A stretch of DNA of 60,971 nucleotides, counting the filler. It is 7 parts of 7 records of this genome, joined end to end, with 100 filler letters (N's around TTAATTAATTAA, not from the genome) between each part and the next. Parts side by side here need not be neighbours in the genome. Positions count along the whole stretch, not along the records: positions 8,246 to 14,024 come from DRR723986_11736; positions 14,125 to 20,299 come from DRR723986_11751; positions 20,400 to 29,552 come from DRR723986_11759; 4 more parts are not named here. One strand, 5' to 3'. This document shows, one piece after another, positions 10,659 through 20,448 of this stretch (positions are counted from its first letter, which is position 1; each line of letters starts with the position of its first letter). The position numbers and the translations under genes were made by a program. A model generated the notes under the pieces. That model did not search any database and was not told the origin of the DNA. It saw only the letters and a list, made by a program, of their open reading frames with translations.

Positions 10659-10805
10659 ATGAACTGGCTGCTGGGCCTCTTAGTAAGTAAATACGGTCCC
10701 ATAGCAGCCCTGATCGCCCTTCCAGTCATGGTATGGGCAGCACTCTATAACTACTTGCCAATTTGGAAAAAGCGGCATGGATACAAGGACAAATCACATG
10801 ACTGA
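10659..10805 (+). CDS. Unannotated 48-aa single-pass membrane protein
   Basis: [48 protein letters not shown]. Starts 3 nt after the bolA stop, and its stop overlaps the grxD start (ATGACTGA). Confidence 0.6.
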   Translation: MNWLLGLLVSKYGPIAALIALPVMVWAALYNYLPIWKKRHGYKDKSHD

Positions 10806-11160
10806 TGCCAACGCCCAAATCGACGAAACCGTCAAAGGCAGCGACGTGGTGCTTTTCATGAAGGGTACAAAAGAAATGCCCCAGTGCGGATTTTCTTCGC
10901 GCGTTGCCGGCGTACTGAACTACATGGGTGTCGATTACACTGATGTGAACTGCTTGGCAGATGAGGGTCTCCGCCAAGGCATCAAGGATTACTCCGATTG
11001 GCCCACCATCCCTCAACTTTACGTCAAAGGCGAATTTGTTGGTGGCTGCGACATCATCACAGAAATGACCCTGTCCGGCGAATTGGACACCATGTTTGAT
11101 GACAACGGTGTTTCCTATGACAAAGACGCCGCGAACAAGATCCGTGAAGCCAACGGCTAA
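10798..11160 (+). CDS. grxD: Monothiol glutaredoxin, Grx4 family
   Basis: [38 protein letters not shown]. Confidence 0.97.
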   Translation: MTDANAQIDETVKGSDVVLFMKGTKEMPQCGFSSRVAGVLNYMGVDYTDVNCLADEGLRQGIKDYSDWPTIPQLYVKGEFVGGCDIITEMTLSGELDTMFDDNGVSYDKDAANKIREANG

Positions 11161-11185
11161 CCGCCTACCACAGATCCTGAATCAC

Positions 11186-11213
11186 AAACGCCGGGCTGAA
11201 TGCCCGGCGTTTT
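11186..11213. terminator. Probable bidirectional intrinsic terminator between convergent grxD and zapA
   Basis: AAACGCCGGGC-TGAAT-GCCCGGCGTTTT perfect stem flanked by A and T runs. Confidence 0.75.
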
Positions 11214-11233
11214 GCATTTCAATTACAGAGAGC

Positions 11234-11632
11234 TCACTCAGCGGTTTTCTCTTCGATTTCTGCGGCCATTGCTTCGGCACGTGCCGCCAATTCAGCGAGC
11301 GTATCCGTCACCGAAGGCGGTACAACAGCAACCTCAACCCGTTCAGGTTCCGGGGCTGGCATATTGCGCAATTGCGCCAATTCAGCCTCGCGCTCAGCCA
11401 GTGTGGCCTCAACCTCTTTGATCTTATCTTCGACGGCGGCGGTTTTGTCCGCCAGCATCAAACCCGCCATCAACAGCATCCGGGCTTCGGGCATGCGTCC
11501 GATTTGATCAGACAAAACCTGCGCCTCATCATCCAGCATCTTGGCGGCTGAGTGCAGATAGCTTTCCTCACCTTCCTGGCAAGACACTTCGAATCCACGA
11601 CCGCCGATGTGGATGGTCACTTCGGGCATCAT
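11234..11632 (-). CDS. zapA: Cell division protein ZapA
   Basis: V.IHIGGR.FEVSCQEGEE.YL..AA..LD...RMLLMAGLMLAD pattern. Confidence 0.9.
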   Translation of the reverse strand: MMPEVTIHIGGRGFEVSCQEGEESYLHSAAKMLDDEAQVLSDQIGRMPEARMLLMAGLMLADKTAAVEDKIKEVEATLAEREAELAQLRNMPAPEPERVEVAVVPPSVTDTLAELAARAEAMAAEIEEKTAE

Positions 11633-12594
11633 TCGTCCTCCCCTTCCGCAAGGTTGGCCTGCGCCAGCAATGGCTCAAGCTTGGCCAAAACAGCATGGGC
11701 TTCTGCCGCATCCGTTGCACGGGCAGCCCGCAGGGCTTCAAGCTCGGCAAGCATGGCTTGGTTGATCAAATTTGGGTCTCCGACATTGGCTTCGTTGGCC
11801 TCTCGCAGCTCATTGTTGGCCTGCCGCATTTGGTCGTTGGACTTGCGTAACCGCTGCAAATCCATGTCCAAGCGCGCTGTCGCCTCGGACTGGCTCACCC
11901 GTTCTGCACGCAGCATTTCCAACTCAGATTTAAGCTCATCCAACCGTTCAGAGTTTTTCAACTCCGCTTTCAGCGCTGCAATCTCGACATGCAAACCATC
12001 AACTTCTTCGGTGTTTTCGGCCTGTTCTTTTAACTCTTCCAACTGCTCTTTCAGGGCGTCCACGTCTTCGGTATTCGCCGCGTCTGCTTGCAGCGTCTCA
12101 ATCTGGGCTCGCAAACTGTCGGTATCGCCCGCCGCATCAAGCTGGGCTTTCAAGCTGTCGATTTCGGCCTTTAGCACCTGGCTTTCATCACCGGCCTCAA
12201 GATCCGATTTGGCCTTGGCCAATTCGGTCTTTGCCGCTTCGGCAGCCATAAGCTTTGCCGTTGCTTCAGCCAGTTCAGACTTCAGATTGTCGACTTCACC
12301 GGTATCCGCCAACTGAGCTTTTAAAGTATCCAGTTCGGATTGCAGATCCGCCTGCCCTTCGCCAGCATCAGATCCAGCCTGCAGCGCTTCAATCTCAGCT
12401 GTGTGCTTTGCCTTGATAGATTTCAGGCGTTCATGCAGCTGTGCATTCGCTAGTTTTTCTTCTTCGAGCTCTAGGCTCAGTTCAGCATCCGCCGCAGCAC
12501 TTCCTGCGCTGCGTTCGGACATTGCCGTGACCCCGGCGCCGATGCGTTCCATCGCGACGGTAATACGGCTTTGCAATTCCTCGATCTGGCTCAT
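11629..12594 (-). CDS. Long acidic coiled-coil protein coupled to zapA (ZauP-like position)
   Basis: Heptad-rich with internal 20-aa repeats; stop overlaps the zapA start; GAGG RBS; divergent from tkt. Confidence 0.75.
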   Translation of the reverse strand: MSQIEELQSRITVAMERIGAGVTAMSERSAGSAAADAELSLELEEEKLANAQLHERLKSIKAKHTAEIEALQAGSDAGEGQADLQSELDTLKAQLADTGEVDNLKSELAEATAKLMAAEAAKTELAKAKSDLEAGDESQVLKAEIDSLKAQLDAAGDTDSLRAQIETLQADAANTEDVDALKEQLEELKEQAENTEEVDGLHVEIAALKAELKNSERLDELKSELEMLRAERVSQSEATARLDMDLQRLRKSNDQMRQANNELREANEANVGDPNLINQAMLAELEALRAARATDAAEAHAVLAKLEPLLAQANLAEGEDE

Positions 12595-12854
12595 GCCCCT
12601 CACCTCAGTTTCTGCCGTTCTTAATTCTTGGCCATTGCTCTGTCCATCTTCTGAACAGACCCGCCCGAATCAGGCATGGCACTGGATAGCAGTAGTCTAA
12701 CGAAACCGAGTGGAAAATACCCCCCCTTTGCTTTCAAGCACTTGGCCCGCGCTCCTGATGTAGCCATACAAAGTTTCGCCCGGTTCTGCTTGATCTTTGG
12801 GGGCCGAATGGTATTGAGCGGCAAACTCGCCCGAACTCCAAAGGAACAAAACCC

Positions 12855-14024
12855 GTGGATCTCAACGCGCTGCGTACTGCAAACCCTGATCATTGGTCCA
12901 AGGCCACTGCCATTCGTGCCCTGACCCTTGACGCCATCGCTGCTGCCAATTCCGGTCACTCCGGTATGCCTATGGGCATGGCAGATGTTGCGACCGTGCT
13001 GTTCGAAAAGCACCTCAAATTTGATGCATCCGCACCAAACTGGCCAGATCGTGACCGGTTTATCCTGTCTGCGGGCCATGGGTCGATGCTGATCTATTCC
13101 CTGCTCCACCTGACCGGAAACGCTGATATCACGCTGGAAGAGATCAAAAACTTCCGTCAGAACGGCGCAAAAACCGCTGGGCACCCTGAAAACTTCCTGG
13201 CGTCGGGCATCGAAACCACAACCGGTCCGCTGGGTCAGGGCATTACCAATGCCGTGGGTTTCGCCATGGCCGAAGAGATCCAACGCGCACACTACGGCAA
13301 ACGCGTTGTTGATCACTATACCTACGTAATCGCAGGCGACGGTTGCCTGATGGAAGGCGTCAGCCAAGAAGCGATTGGCCTTGCTGGCCGCCACGAGCTG
13401 AGCAAGCTGATCGTATTTTGGGACAACAACAACATCACCATCGACGGCACCGTAGACATCGCGGACCGAACCGATCAGGTTCGTCGTTTCGCCGCCTCCG
13501 GTTGGAATGTCATCGAAATCGATGGACATGACCCCAAAGCAATTGATTCCGCGATCACTCAAGCGAAATCATCGAACAAACCCTCGATGATCGCGTGTAA
13601 AACGCACATCGCTTTGGGTCACGCCGCGCAGGATACCTCCAAGGGTCACGGCGCGTTGACAAACCCCGAGCAATTGCTGGCCGCCAAAGAAGCTTACGGC
13701 TGGAACCACGGCCCGTTTGAAATCCCCGCAGACGTTAAATCCGCATGGGAAGCCATCGGATCACGCGGCGCGGAAACTCACGCCGCCTGGAAAGAGCAGT
13801 TTGCTCAATTGTCCGAACGTAAGCAAAGCGAATTCAACCGCGCTTACGCGTTTGAGGCCCCCAAGAAATTGGCCAGCGCAATTCGGGCGTTCAAGAAAGA
13901 GACCTCAGAAACACAACCGAAACTGGCCACTCGCGCCAGCTCGGAAAAGGTTCTGAACGTTGTGAACCCGATCATGACCGAAACCGTTGGTGGTTCGGCT
14001 GACCTGACCGGATCGAACAACACC
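12855..14024 (+). CDS. tkt: Transketolase (3' truncated)
   Basis: [49 protein letters not shown]. Confidence 0.97.
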
Positions 14025-14124
14025 NNNNNNNNNNNNNNNNNNNNNNNNNNNNNNNNNNNNNNNNNNNNTTAATTAATTAANNNNNNNNNNNNNNNNNNNN
14101 NNNNNNNNNNNNNNNNNNNNNNNN
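14025..14124. other. Artificial contig spacer
   Basis: N run with TTAATTAATTAA. Confidence 0.99.
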
Positions 14125-14325
14125 GCCGATGGTTTCCAGCGCTTGCAGGGCCGCCTTGTGAATGCGCTCGATGCTCTCATCGCTCAGCGGCTTGTACGTG
14201 CCGCCGGGCATACCGGGCCGTACGGACCGGGCGCTTTCTGCGGGCGGAGCCGAACGAAGGGCCTTGCGGGCCGCTCGTCCACCAGAGCGGCGACCACGGG
14301 ATTGGGTTTCAGTTGCGTCGTCCAT
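14125..14325 (-). CDS. Trimethylamine methyltransferase (MttB) family protein, N-terminal part only
   Basis: RRSGGRAAR.ALR...RPGMPGGTYKPLS...I.RIH.AAL..LE.IG is the typical N-terminus of alphaproteobacterial MttB homologues. Confidence 0.8.
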
Positions 14326-15151
14326 CTTCCACTCCTTCGTTCAGCAGAAAGTCGATATCGTCCCCCGAGGCCGCGCGTTTCAGCGGCTCGAAATGTCCAT
14401 CAGTCAGCATCGCGCCCATGCAATCGCGGATCGCGGCATGGGTCACGCGGGCGATCTGGCTGCCGGTTGAAATGCGGCGCACGCCCATGGCGGCCAGCTC
14501 GGCCACGGTCAGGTTTTTCAAAGGTCCGGCGGCCAGCGCATTGACCGGCCCAGAGACCGAGGCCAGCACCTGCGCCAGTTCCACCTTGCCCGGTGGCCCC
14601 GGCAGGTAGAGGCAGTCGGCGCCTGCCGCCTCGAACGCCTGCAATCGGCGGATGCCCTCGGCCAGATCATACGTGCCGTTCATCACGCCATCAGCGCGGG
14701 CGACCAGCACGAAGGGCCGTCCAAGATTGCGTGCCGCAGAGGCCGCCGCCTTGATACGGTCAACCGCAAGATCGAAATCATAGGCCGGATTGCCCGCTAC
14801 CATTTGGGTATCTTCAATACCGCAACCCGACAGGCCCGCCTCTGCCGCCAGCCGGATGGTGTCAGCCACGCCGTCGGGATCATCGGCAAAGGCGTTCTCG
14901 AAGTCGCCCGATACCGGCAGGCCGGTTGCTGCGACGATCTCCTCGGCATGGGCCAGTGCCTCGTCCCGCGTGATCGTGCCCATGTCTGGCCGCCCGAGGG
15001 TAAAGGCCTGCGCGGCAGACGACGTCGCCAGCGCCTGCGCGCCCATGGCCGCCATCATTCGGGCAGACCCGACATCCCACGGGTTCGGGATCACGAAACA
15101 GCCCGTGCCATGCAGTGCCGCAAAGCGGTCGTGGCGGGCGGCCAGTGTCAT
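14309..15151 (-). CDS. Isocitrate lyase/PEP mutase family protein
   Basis: PNPWDVGSAR, ALATSS, PVSGDFEN, G..IED, VARAD, AGADCLY motifs. Confidence 0.88.
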   Translation of the reverse strand: MTLAARHDRFAALHGTGCFVIPNPWDVGSARMMAAMGAQALATSSAAQAFTLGRPDMGTITRDEALAHAEEIVAATGLPVSGDFENAFADDPDGVADTIRLAAEAGLSGCGIEDTQMVAGNPAYDFDLAVDRIKAAASAARNLGRPFVLVARADGVMNGTYDLAEGIRRLQAFEAAGADCLYLPGPPGKVELAQVLASVSGPVNALAAGPLKNLTVAELAAMGVRRISTGSQIARVTHAAIRDCMGAMLTDGHFEPLKRAASGDDIDFLLNEGVEDGRRN

Positions 15152-17592
15152 GCTTTCACCCGTTCGGCCTTGGGGTCATACATCGGTTTCAGGCTGGCGA
15201 TGGCCTTGTGCCGCTTGCCCGCAATCTCGATCTCGTAGCTTGATGCCAGCACATCCGCGGCACTTTCCCCTTCGCAGGGCACATAGCCAAGCCCCACAGC
15301 CGCCCCAAGATAGTGGCCGTAATTGCCAGAGGTCAGATAGCTGACCATCTTGCCATCACGGATCACCGCCTCGTTGTGGAACAGCATCGGTTCGGGGTCT
15401 TCCAGCAGGAACTGCACCAGCCGCCGTTGCAAGCCATCCTCCCGCTTTTTCAGCACCGCGTCGCGGCCGATGAAATCACCCTTGTCCGTCTTGACCGCAA
15501 AGCCAAGCCCGGCCTCCAGCACATGGTCTTCATCCGTAATGTCATGACCAAAGTGGCGGAAAGCCTTTTCCGTCCGGCAACTGTCCAGCGTGTGCAACCC
15601 GCACAGCTTCAGGCCCAGATCGGCCCCCGCTTCCTCCAGCGCCTCAAAGACATGGGCCGCCATATCGGAAGATACATAGATCTCCCACCCAAGCTCTCCC
15701 ACATAGGTCACACGATGCGCGCGGGCCAGCCCCATGCCGATCTCGATCTCGCGCGCCATGCCAAAGGGATGCACCTCGTTCGAGAAATCATCGGGGCTGA
15801 CCGCCTGCATCAACTCGCGCGACTTCGGCCCCATGACGCACAGCACAGCCTCTGCCGCCGTCACATCGGTGATGACGACGAACTCATCACCCAGATGCCG
15901 CCGCAGCCAGGCCAGATCGCGTTGCAGCGTCGCCCCCGGCACGACGAGGTAAAAGGCCGAATCAGACAGCCGCGTCACGGTCAGGTCGCATTCGATGCCA
16001 CCGCGATTGTTCAGCATCTGGGTATAGACGATCTTGCCCGGCTCCACGTCCATGTCAGCCGCGCAAAGCCGCTGAAGGAAGGCCAGAGCATCGCGCCCCT
16101 CGACCCGGATCTTGCCGAAGCTGGTCATGTCGAAAAGGCCCACGCCTTCACGCACCGCCATATGCTCGGCCTTGTGGTTTTCAAACCAGTTCTGGCCCTT
16201 CCAGTCGTAGCGGTATTCGCGTTCTTGCCCGTCAAAGGCGAACCAGTTGGCCCGCTCCCACCCGGCCATTTCGCCAAACACCGCGCCGCGCGCTTTCAGG
16301 TGTTCATGCAACGGCGACCGGCGCACCCCGCGAGAGGTCACAACCTGCCGGTACGGGTAGTGATCGGCATAAAGCAGCCCGAGCGTCTCGCTGACCCGTT
16401 CCTTCAGATACTTGCGGTTTTTCTGGAACGGCTGCGCCCGGCGAATGTCGGATTCCCACAGGTCGAAGGGCGGCTCGCCATCCTCCATCCACTGCGCCAG
16501 TGCCATGCCGGCACCGCCCGATGACACGATCCCGATAGAGTTATAGCCCGCAGCCACCCAGTACCCGCGCAGTTCCGGCGCTTCGCCAAGGTAATAGCGG
16601 TCATCGGGGGTAAAGCTTTCCGGGCCATTAAAGAACGTGTGGATCCCCGCCGTTTCAAACATCGGCATCCGGTTCATCGCCATGCCCAGAATGGGCTCAA
16701 AGTGGTCGAAATCCTCGGGCAGACTGTCAAAACAGAAATCCTCGGAAATGCCATCCATGCCCCATGGTTTGGCCTTGGGCTCAAACGCGCCGAGCATCAT
16801 TTTGCCCGCGTCTTCCTTGTAATAGGCGCATTCGTCCGGCACCCGCAGCACCGGCAGGCGGGACAGGCCCTCGATCGGCTCGGTGATCAGGTAGAAATGC
16901 TCGCACGCGTGCAGCGGCAGGGTGACGCCCGATTTGCCCGCCAGATCGCGGCCCCACATGCCGCCGCAGTTGACCACCAGATCGGCACTGATATGCCCGG
17001 CATCGCCGCCGCTTTCCCAGTCAACGCCGGTCACCGCGCCGTTCGCCTGCGTCACGCCGGTGACCTTGACGCCCTCGATCACCTGCGCGCCGTTCATCCG
17101 CGCGCCCTTGGCCAGAGCCATCGCGATATTGGCCGGGTCGCATTGACCATCCAGCGGCAAATGCACCGCACCCACCACATCACCGACATTCAGGTGAGGA
17201 TACATCGCCTTCACCTCATCTGGCCCGATCTCGGCCACATCGACGTCAAACGCGCGGGCCAGCGTCGCCTGCCGCAACAGTTCCTCATGCCGATGGTCTG
17301 TCAGCGCGACCGAGATCGACCCGTTCTGCCGCATACCGGTGGCGATGCCGGTTTCCTCTTCCAGCTTCACGTAAAGATCGGCGGAATACTTCGCCAGACG
17401 GGTGGCATTCTGGCTGCCGCGCAGCTGACCGATCAACCCGGCTGCGTGCCATGTGGTGCCGCAGGTCAGCTGCTTTCGTTCCAGCAGGACGATGTCTTTC
17501 CAGCCCAGTTTCGCCAGATGGTAGGCGACCGAGCAGCCGGACACGCCACCACCGATGATGACGACGCGGGCATGGGATGGGATCTTGGACAT
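15148..17592 (-). CDS. GcvT-family FAD-dependent dehydrogenase (sarcosine/dimethylglycine dehydrogenase-like)
   Basis: IIGGGVSG, GTTWHAAG, NGPESFTPD, GWER.NWF and TYVGELGWE folate-binding domain. Confidence 0.92.
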   Translation of the reverse strand: MSKIPSHARVVIIGGGVSGCSVAYHLAKLGWKDIVLLERKQLTCGTTWHAAGLIGQLRGSQNATRLAKYSADLYVKLEEETGIATGMRQNGSISVALTDHRHEELLRQATLARAFDVDVAEIGPDEVKAMYPHLNVGDVVGAVHLPLDGQCDPANIAMALAKGARMNGAQVIEGVKVTGVTQANGAVTGVDWESGGDAGHISADLVVNCGGMWGRDLAGKSGVTLPLHACEHFYLITEPIEGLSRLPVLRVPDECAYYKEDAGKMMLGAFEPKAKPWGMDGISEDFCFDSLPEDFDHFEPILGMAMNRMPMFETAGIHTFFNGPESFTPDDRYYLGEAPELRGYWVAAGYNSIGIVSSGGAGMALAQWMEDGEPPFDLWESDIRRAQPFQKNRKYLKERVSETLGLLYADHYPYRQVVTSRGVRRSPLHEHLKARGAVFGEMAGWERANWFAFDGQEREYRYDWKGQNWFENHKAEHMAVREGVGLFDMTSFGKIRVEGRDALAFLQRLCAADMDVEPGKIVYTQMLNNRGGIECDLTVTRLSDSAFYLVVPGATLQRDLAWLRRHLGDEFVVITDVTAAEAVLCVMGPKSRELMQAVSPDDFSNEVHPFGMAREIEIGMGLARAHRVTYVGELGWEIYVSSDMAAHVFEALEEAGADLGLKLCGLHTLDSCRTEKAFRHFGHDITDEDHVLEAGLGFAVKTDKGDFIGRDAVLKKREDGLQRRLVQFLLEDPEPMLFHNEAVIRDGKMVSYLTSGNYGHYLGAAVGLGYVPCEGESAADVLASSYEIEIAGKRHKAIASLKPMYDPKAERVKA

Positions 17593-17602
17593 CTGGCTTT
17601 CC

Positions 17603-18499
17603 TTAGATGATCGTGTGGCCAGCAGCGGTCAGCCGCCGGGCAAGTTCGGCAATATGGGCGGGGCCAACTTCGCAGCAGCCACCGACGACAGTGGCCCCTG
17701 CATCGACCCAACCCATGGCAAAATCGGCATATTCCGTGGGGCCAAGGTCTTTGCGTGCGGTCAGCGCATCCACGGTCGGGCGATCCTCTAGAAAACCATC
17801 CGATATCCGCGTGAACCCGTTGGCATAGGCCCCGATTGGCAGGCCGAGCGGTTTCAGTATGGTCAGCGCTGCGGCGATCGCCTCGGGGCGGGAACAGTTG
17901 ACCAGCAGGGCGTCTGGCTGGAATTCCTCCAGCACCGGCGCCAGTTCGCTCAGCGCTTCACCCGACCGCAACCGCGTGCCGTCCTCGTCATCGACCGAGA
18001 CCGACAGCCAGACCGGCAACTTGGTTTCGGCACATCCCGCAAGTGCTCCGCGCGCCTGAAGGATCGAGGACACGGTTTCGATCAGAAAGAGATCAACCCG
18101 CCCTTCCATCATCTGCACAAGTTCCGCATAGGCGGCGGCGGACATCTCCTCGGGTGGACACAGATCAGGCCGGTAGGATGCCCGCAGCGGCCCAAGCGAT
18201 CCGGCAATCCGGCCGCCGCCATGGGCATCGCGCGCGGCCTCTGCCTCTCGCAGGGCCGTTTCGATCAGATCGGCAAAGCGATCCTCCAACCCCTCGGGGC
18301 GCAGCCGGTCGCGCAATACGCAATAGGTGTTGGTGGTGGCAACGGTCGCCCCCACGGCGAAATAATCGCCATGCACGGCGCGCACCAGCTCTGGCTGGTC
18401 CAGCATCACCGATGTGGACCAAAGAGGCGTCGGGCGGGCCCCGGCGCGATGCACCAGTTCCTGCCCAATGGACCCATCCAGAAGGGTGATCTGCGTCAT
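17603..18499 (-). CDS. Homocysteine S-methyltransferase family protein
   Basis: LLDGSIGQEL N-terminus, TTNTY, VNCS and GGCCEVGP.HI Zn-binding Cys motifs; ATGA overlap with the upstream gene. Confidence 0.9.
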   Translation of the reverse strand: MTQITLLDGSIGQELVHRAGARPTPLWSTSVMLDQPELVRAVHGDYFAVGATVATTNTYCVLRDRLRPEGLEDRFADLIETALREAEAARDAHGGGRIAGSLGPLRASYRPDLCPPEEMSAAAYAELVQMMEGRVDLFLIETVSSILQARGALAGCAETKLPVWLSVSVDDEDGTRLRSGEALSELAPVLEEFQPDALLVNCSRPEAIAAALTILKPLGLPIGAYANGFTRISDGFLEDRPTVDALTARKDLGPTEYADFAMGWVDAGATVVGGCCEVGPAHIAELARRLTAAGHTII

Positions 18500-20299
18500 G
18501 CACGCAGCCTTTCGTTTTCCGGATCCCACAGCGGGCGGTCTTCCTGCACCACGGCACGGCATTTCTCGCCGTAGATCTCCACCTCCAGTTCGGTGCCCGG
18601 CACCGCCAGATCGGCCCGCACCATGCCAAGCGCGACCGAGGCATTCAGCCGGTAGCCCCATGCGCCAGAGGTTGTTTCACCCACGATCTCATCGCCATGC
18701 CAAAGGCAGGACATGTAAGGCGCGTCGCAGTCGCCCGCCTCGACCAGCAGCGTCACGAAGCGTTTCTTCGACCCCTGCTGTTTTTCGGACATCAGTGCCG
18801 CCTTGCCGGTAAAGTCCTGCGGCTTGTCCAGCTTCACGAACCGGTCCAGCCCGCCTTCGAACAGGCTGTAATCGGTGGACAGATCGCCCTTCCATGCGCG
18901 ATAGCCCTTCTCGATCCGCAGGCTGTTCAGCGCCCACATGCCGAAGGGCTTGGCGCCTGCGTCGATGATCGCCTGATAGATCGTGGGCATATCCTCGTTC
19001 TGGGCATGGACCTCCCACCCCAGTTCCCCTGTGAAAGACACGCGGATCAGGAAAGCGGGTTTGCCCGCGACGGTCGCGTGCTGATGGGTCAGCCAGCCTT
19101 GGCTGAGATCGGCATCGGTCAACCCTGCCAGCACATCGCGAGAGGTCGGCCCTGCCACGATCAGGCAATCCCGGTCGCGAGTGGTTTCGGTCACCGTGAC
19201 GCCCTCGGGGACGGACGCGCGAACCAGTTCCCCGTCATGCCATTGGGCCGTGGCTGCCGTGATCAGAACGAAACTGTTTTCTTCCAGCCGGATACAGCTC
19301 ATTTCCGTCAGGATGCGGCCGCGGTGGTCAGAGACATAGATCAGGCCGATGCGACCCAGCTTGGGAATGCCCCCGGTGCAGAAGCCGCGCAGCCATTCGT
19401 CCGCGCCGTCACCCTTGACCCAGAACCGCGAAAAGCCGGGCAGGTCCAGAACACCACAGGCATCGCGCACCGCTTCGCATTCTTCCTTGATCCGTTGTTC
19501 CCACGGACCGGACCGGCCCCATGTGTGGGTGCTGTCCTCGCTGGTGTCGTCGCCTTCTTTCGCGAACCAGTTGGCCCGTTCCCACCCGTTATAGTCACCC
19601 ATCACACCGCCAAGCGCTTTCACCTTGTCATGGACAGGCGACAGCTTGCGGTCCGGTGCGGCGGGCCAGCGGTGCCACGGGAAATGCATGGCGTATTCAT
19701 TGCCATAGACCTCCATCCCCTTGGCGACGCAGTATTCGTGGTCGGTGTAATCGGTGTAGCGGCGCGGATCGACGGCCCACATGTCCCATTCGGTTCCGCC
19801 ATCGACGATCCATTCCGCCAGAACCTTGCCAGCCCCGCCACCTTGCGCGATGCCGAAGGTAAAGACACAGGCCTCGAACGCGTTCTTCACGCCGGGCATC
19901 GGGCCAAGCAGCGGCAGACCATCGGGGGCGTAGGGAATGGGGCCGTTGATGATGCGGCTGATCCCGGCTGTGGCGGCCAGCGGAACACGTTCCATTGAAT
20001 CCGCCACGATATCCTCGATCCGCTCCAGATCGTCGGTCCAGAGCTGGAAGCTGAAATCATTCGGCACGTCCTCAGGTGACCCTGCCCATTCCGCCTTACA
20101 GTTCGGCTCATACGGGCCGATGTTGAAGCCGTGCTTTTCCTGCCGGAAATAGTAAGAGACATCCACATCCCGCAAAAGCGGCAGTTTGCGGCCGTTCTCC
20201 TTGCTCCACGCCTCGACCTCGGGCACCTCATCGGTCAGCACATACTGGTGGCTCATCACCATCATCGGAACGGTGCGCCCGCCATAGGGCTTGAACCAT
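18496..20299 (-). CDS. Dimethylglycine dehydrogenase-like GcvT-family protein (5' truncated)
   Basis: NGPIPYAPDG.P, FTFGIAQGGG.G, GWERANWF, SFTGELGWE, SLRIEKGY. Confidence 0.9.
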
Positions 20300-20399
20300 N
20301 NNNNNNNNNNNNNNNNNNNNNNNNNNNNNNNNNNNNNNNNNNNTTAATTAATTAANNNNNNNNNNNNNNNNNNNNNNNNNNNNNNNNNNNNNNNNNNNN
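20300..20399. other. Artificial contig spacer
   Basis: N run with TTAATTAATTAA. Confidence 0.99.
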
Positions 20400-20441
20400 A
20401 TACCTCGGGGGGCGCCGCAGGCGCGGGGGCAGAGCCCCCTC
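20400..20441. repeat. REP-like palindromic element at the contig end, downstream of pbpC
   Basis: GGGGGC-AGA-GCCCCC and GCGCC-GCA-GGCGC hairpins right at an assembly break. Confidence 0.45.
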
Positions 20442-20448
20442 CCACATC

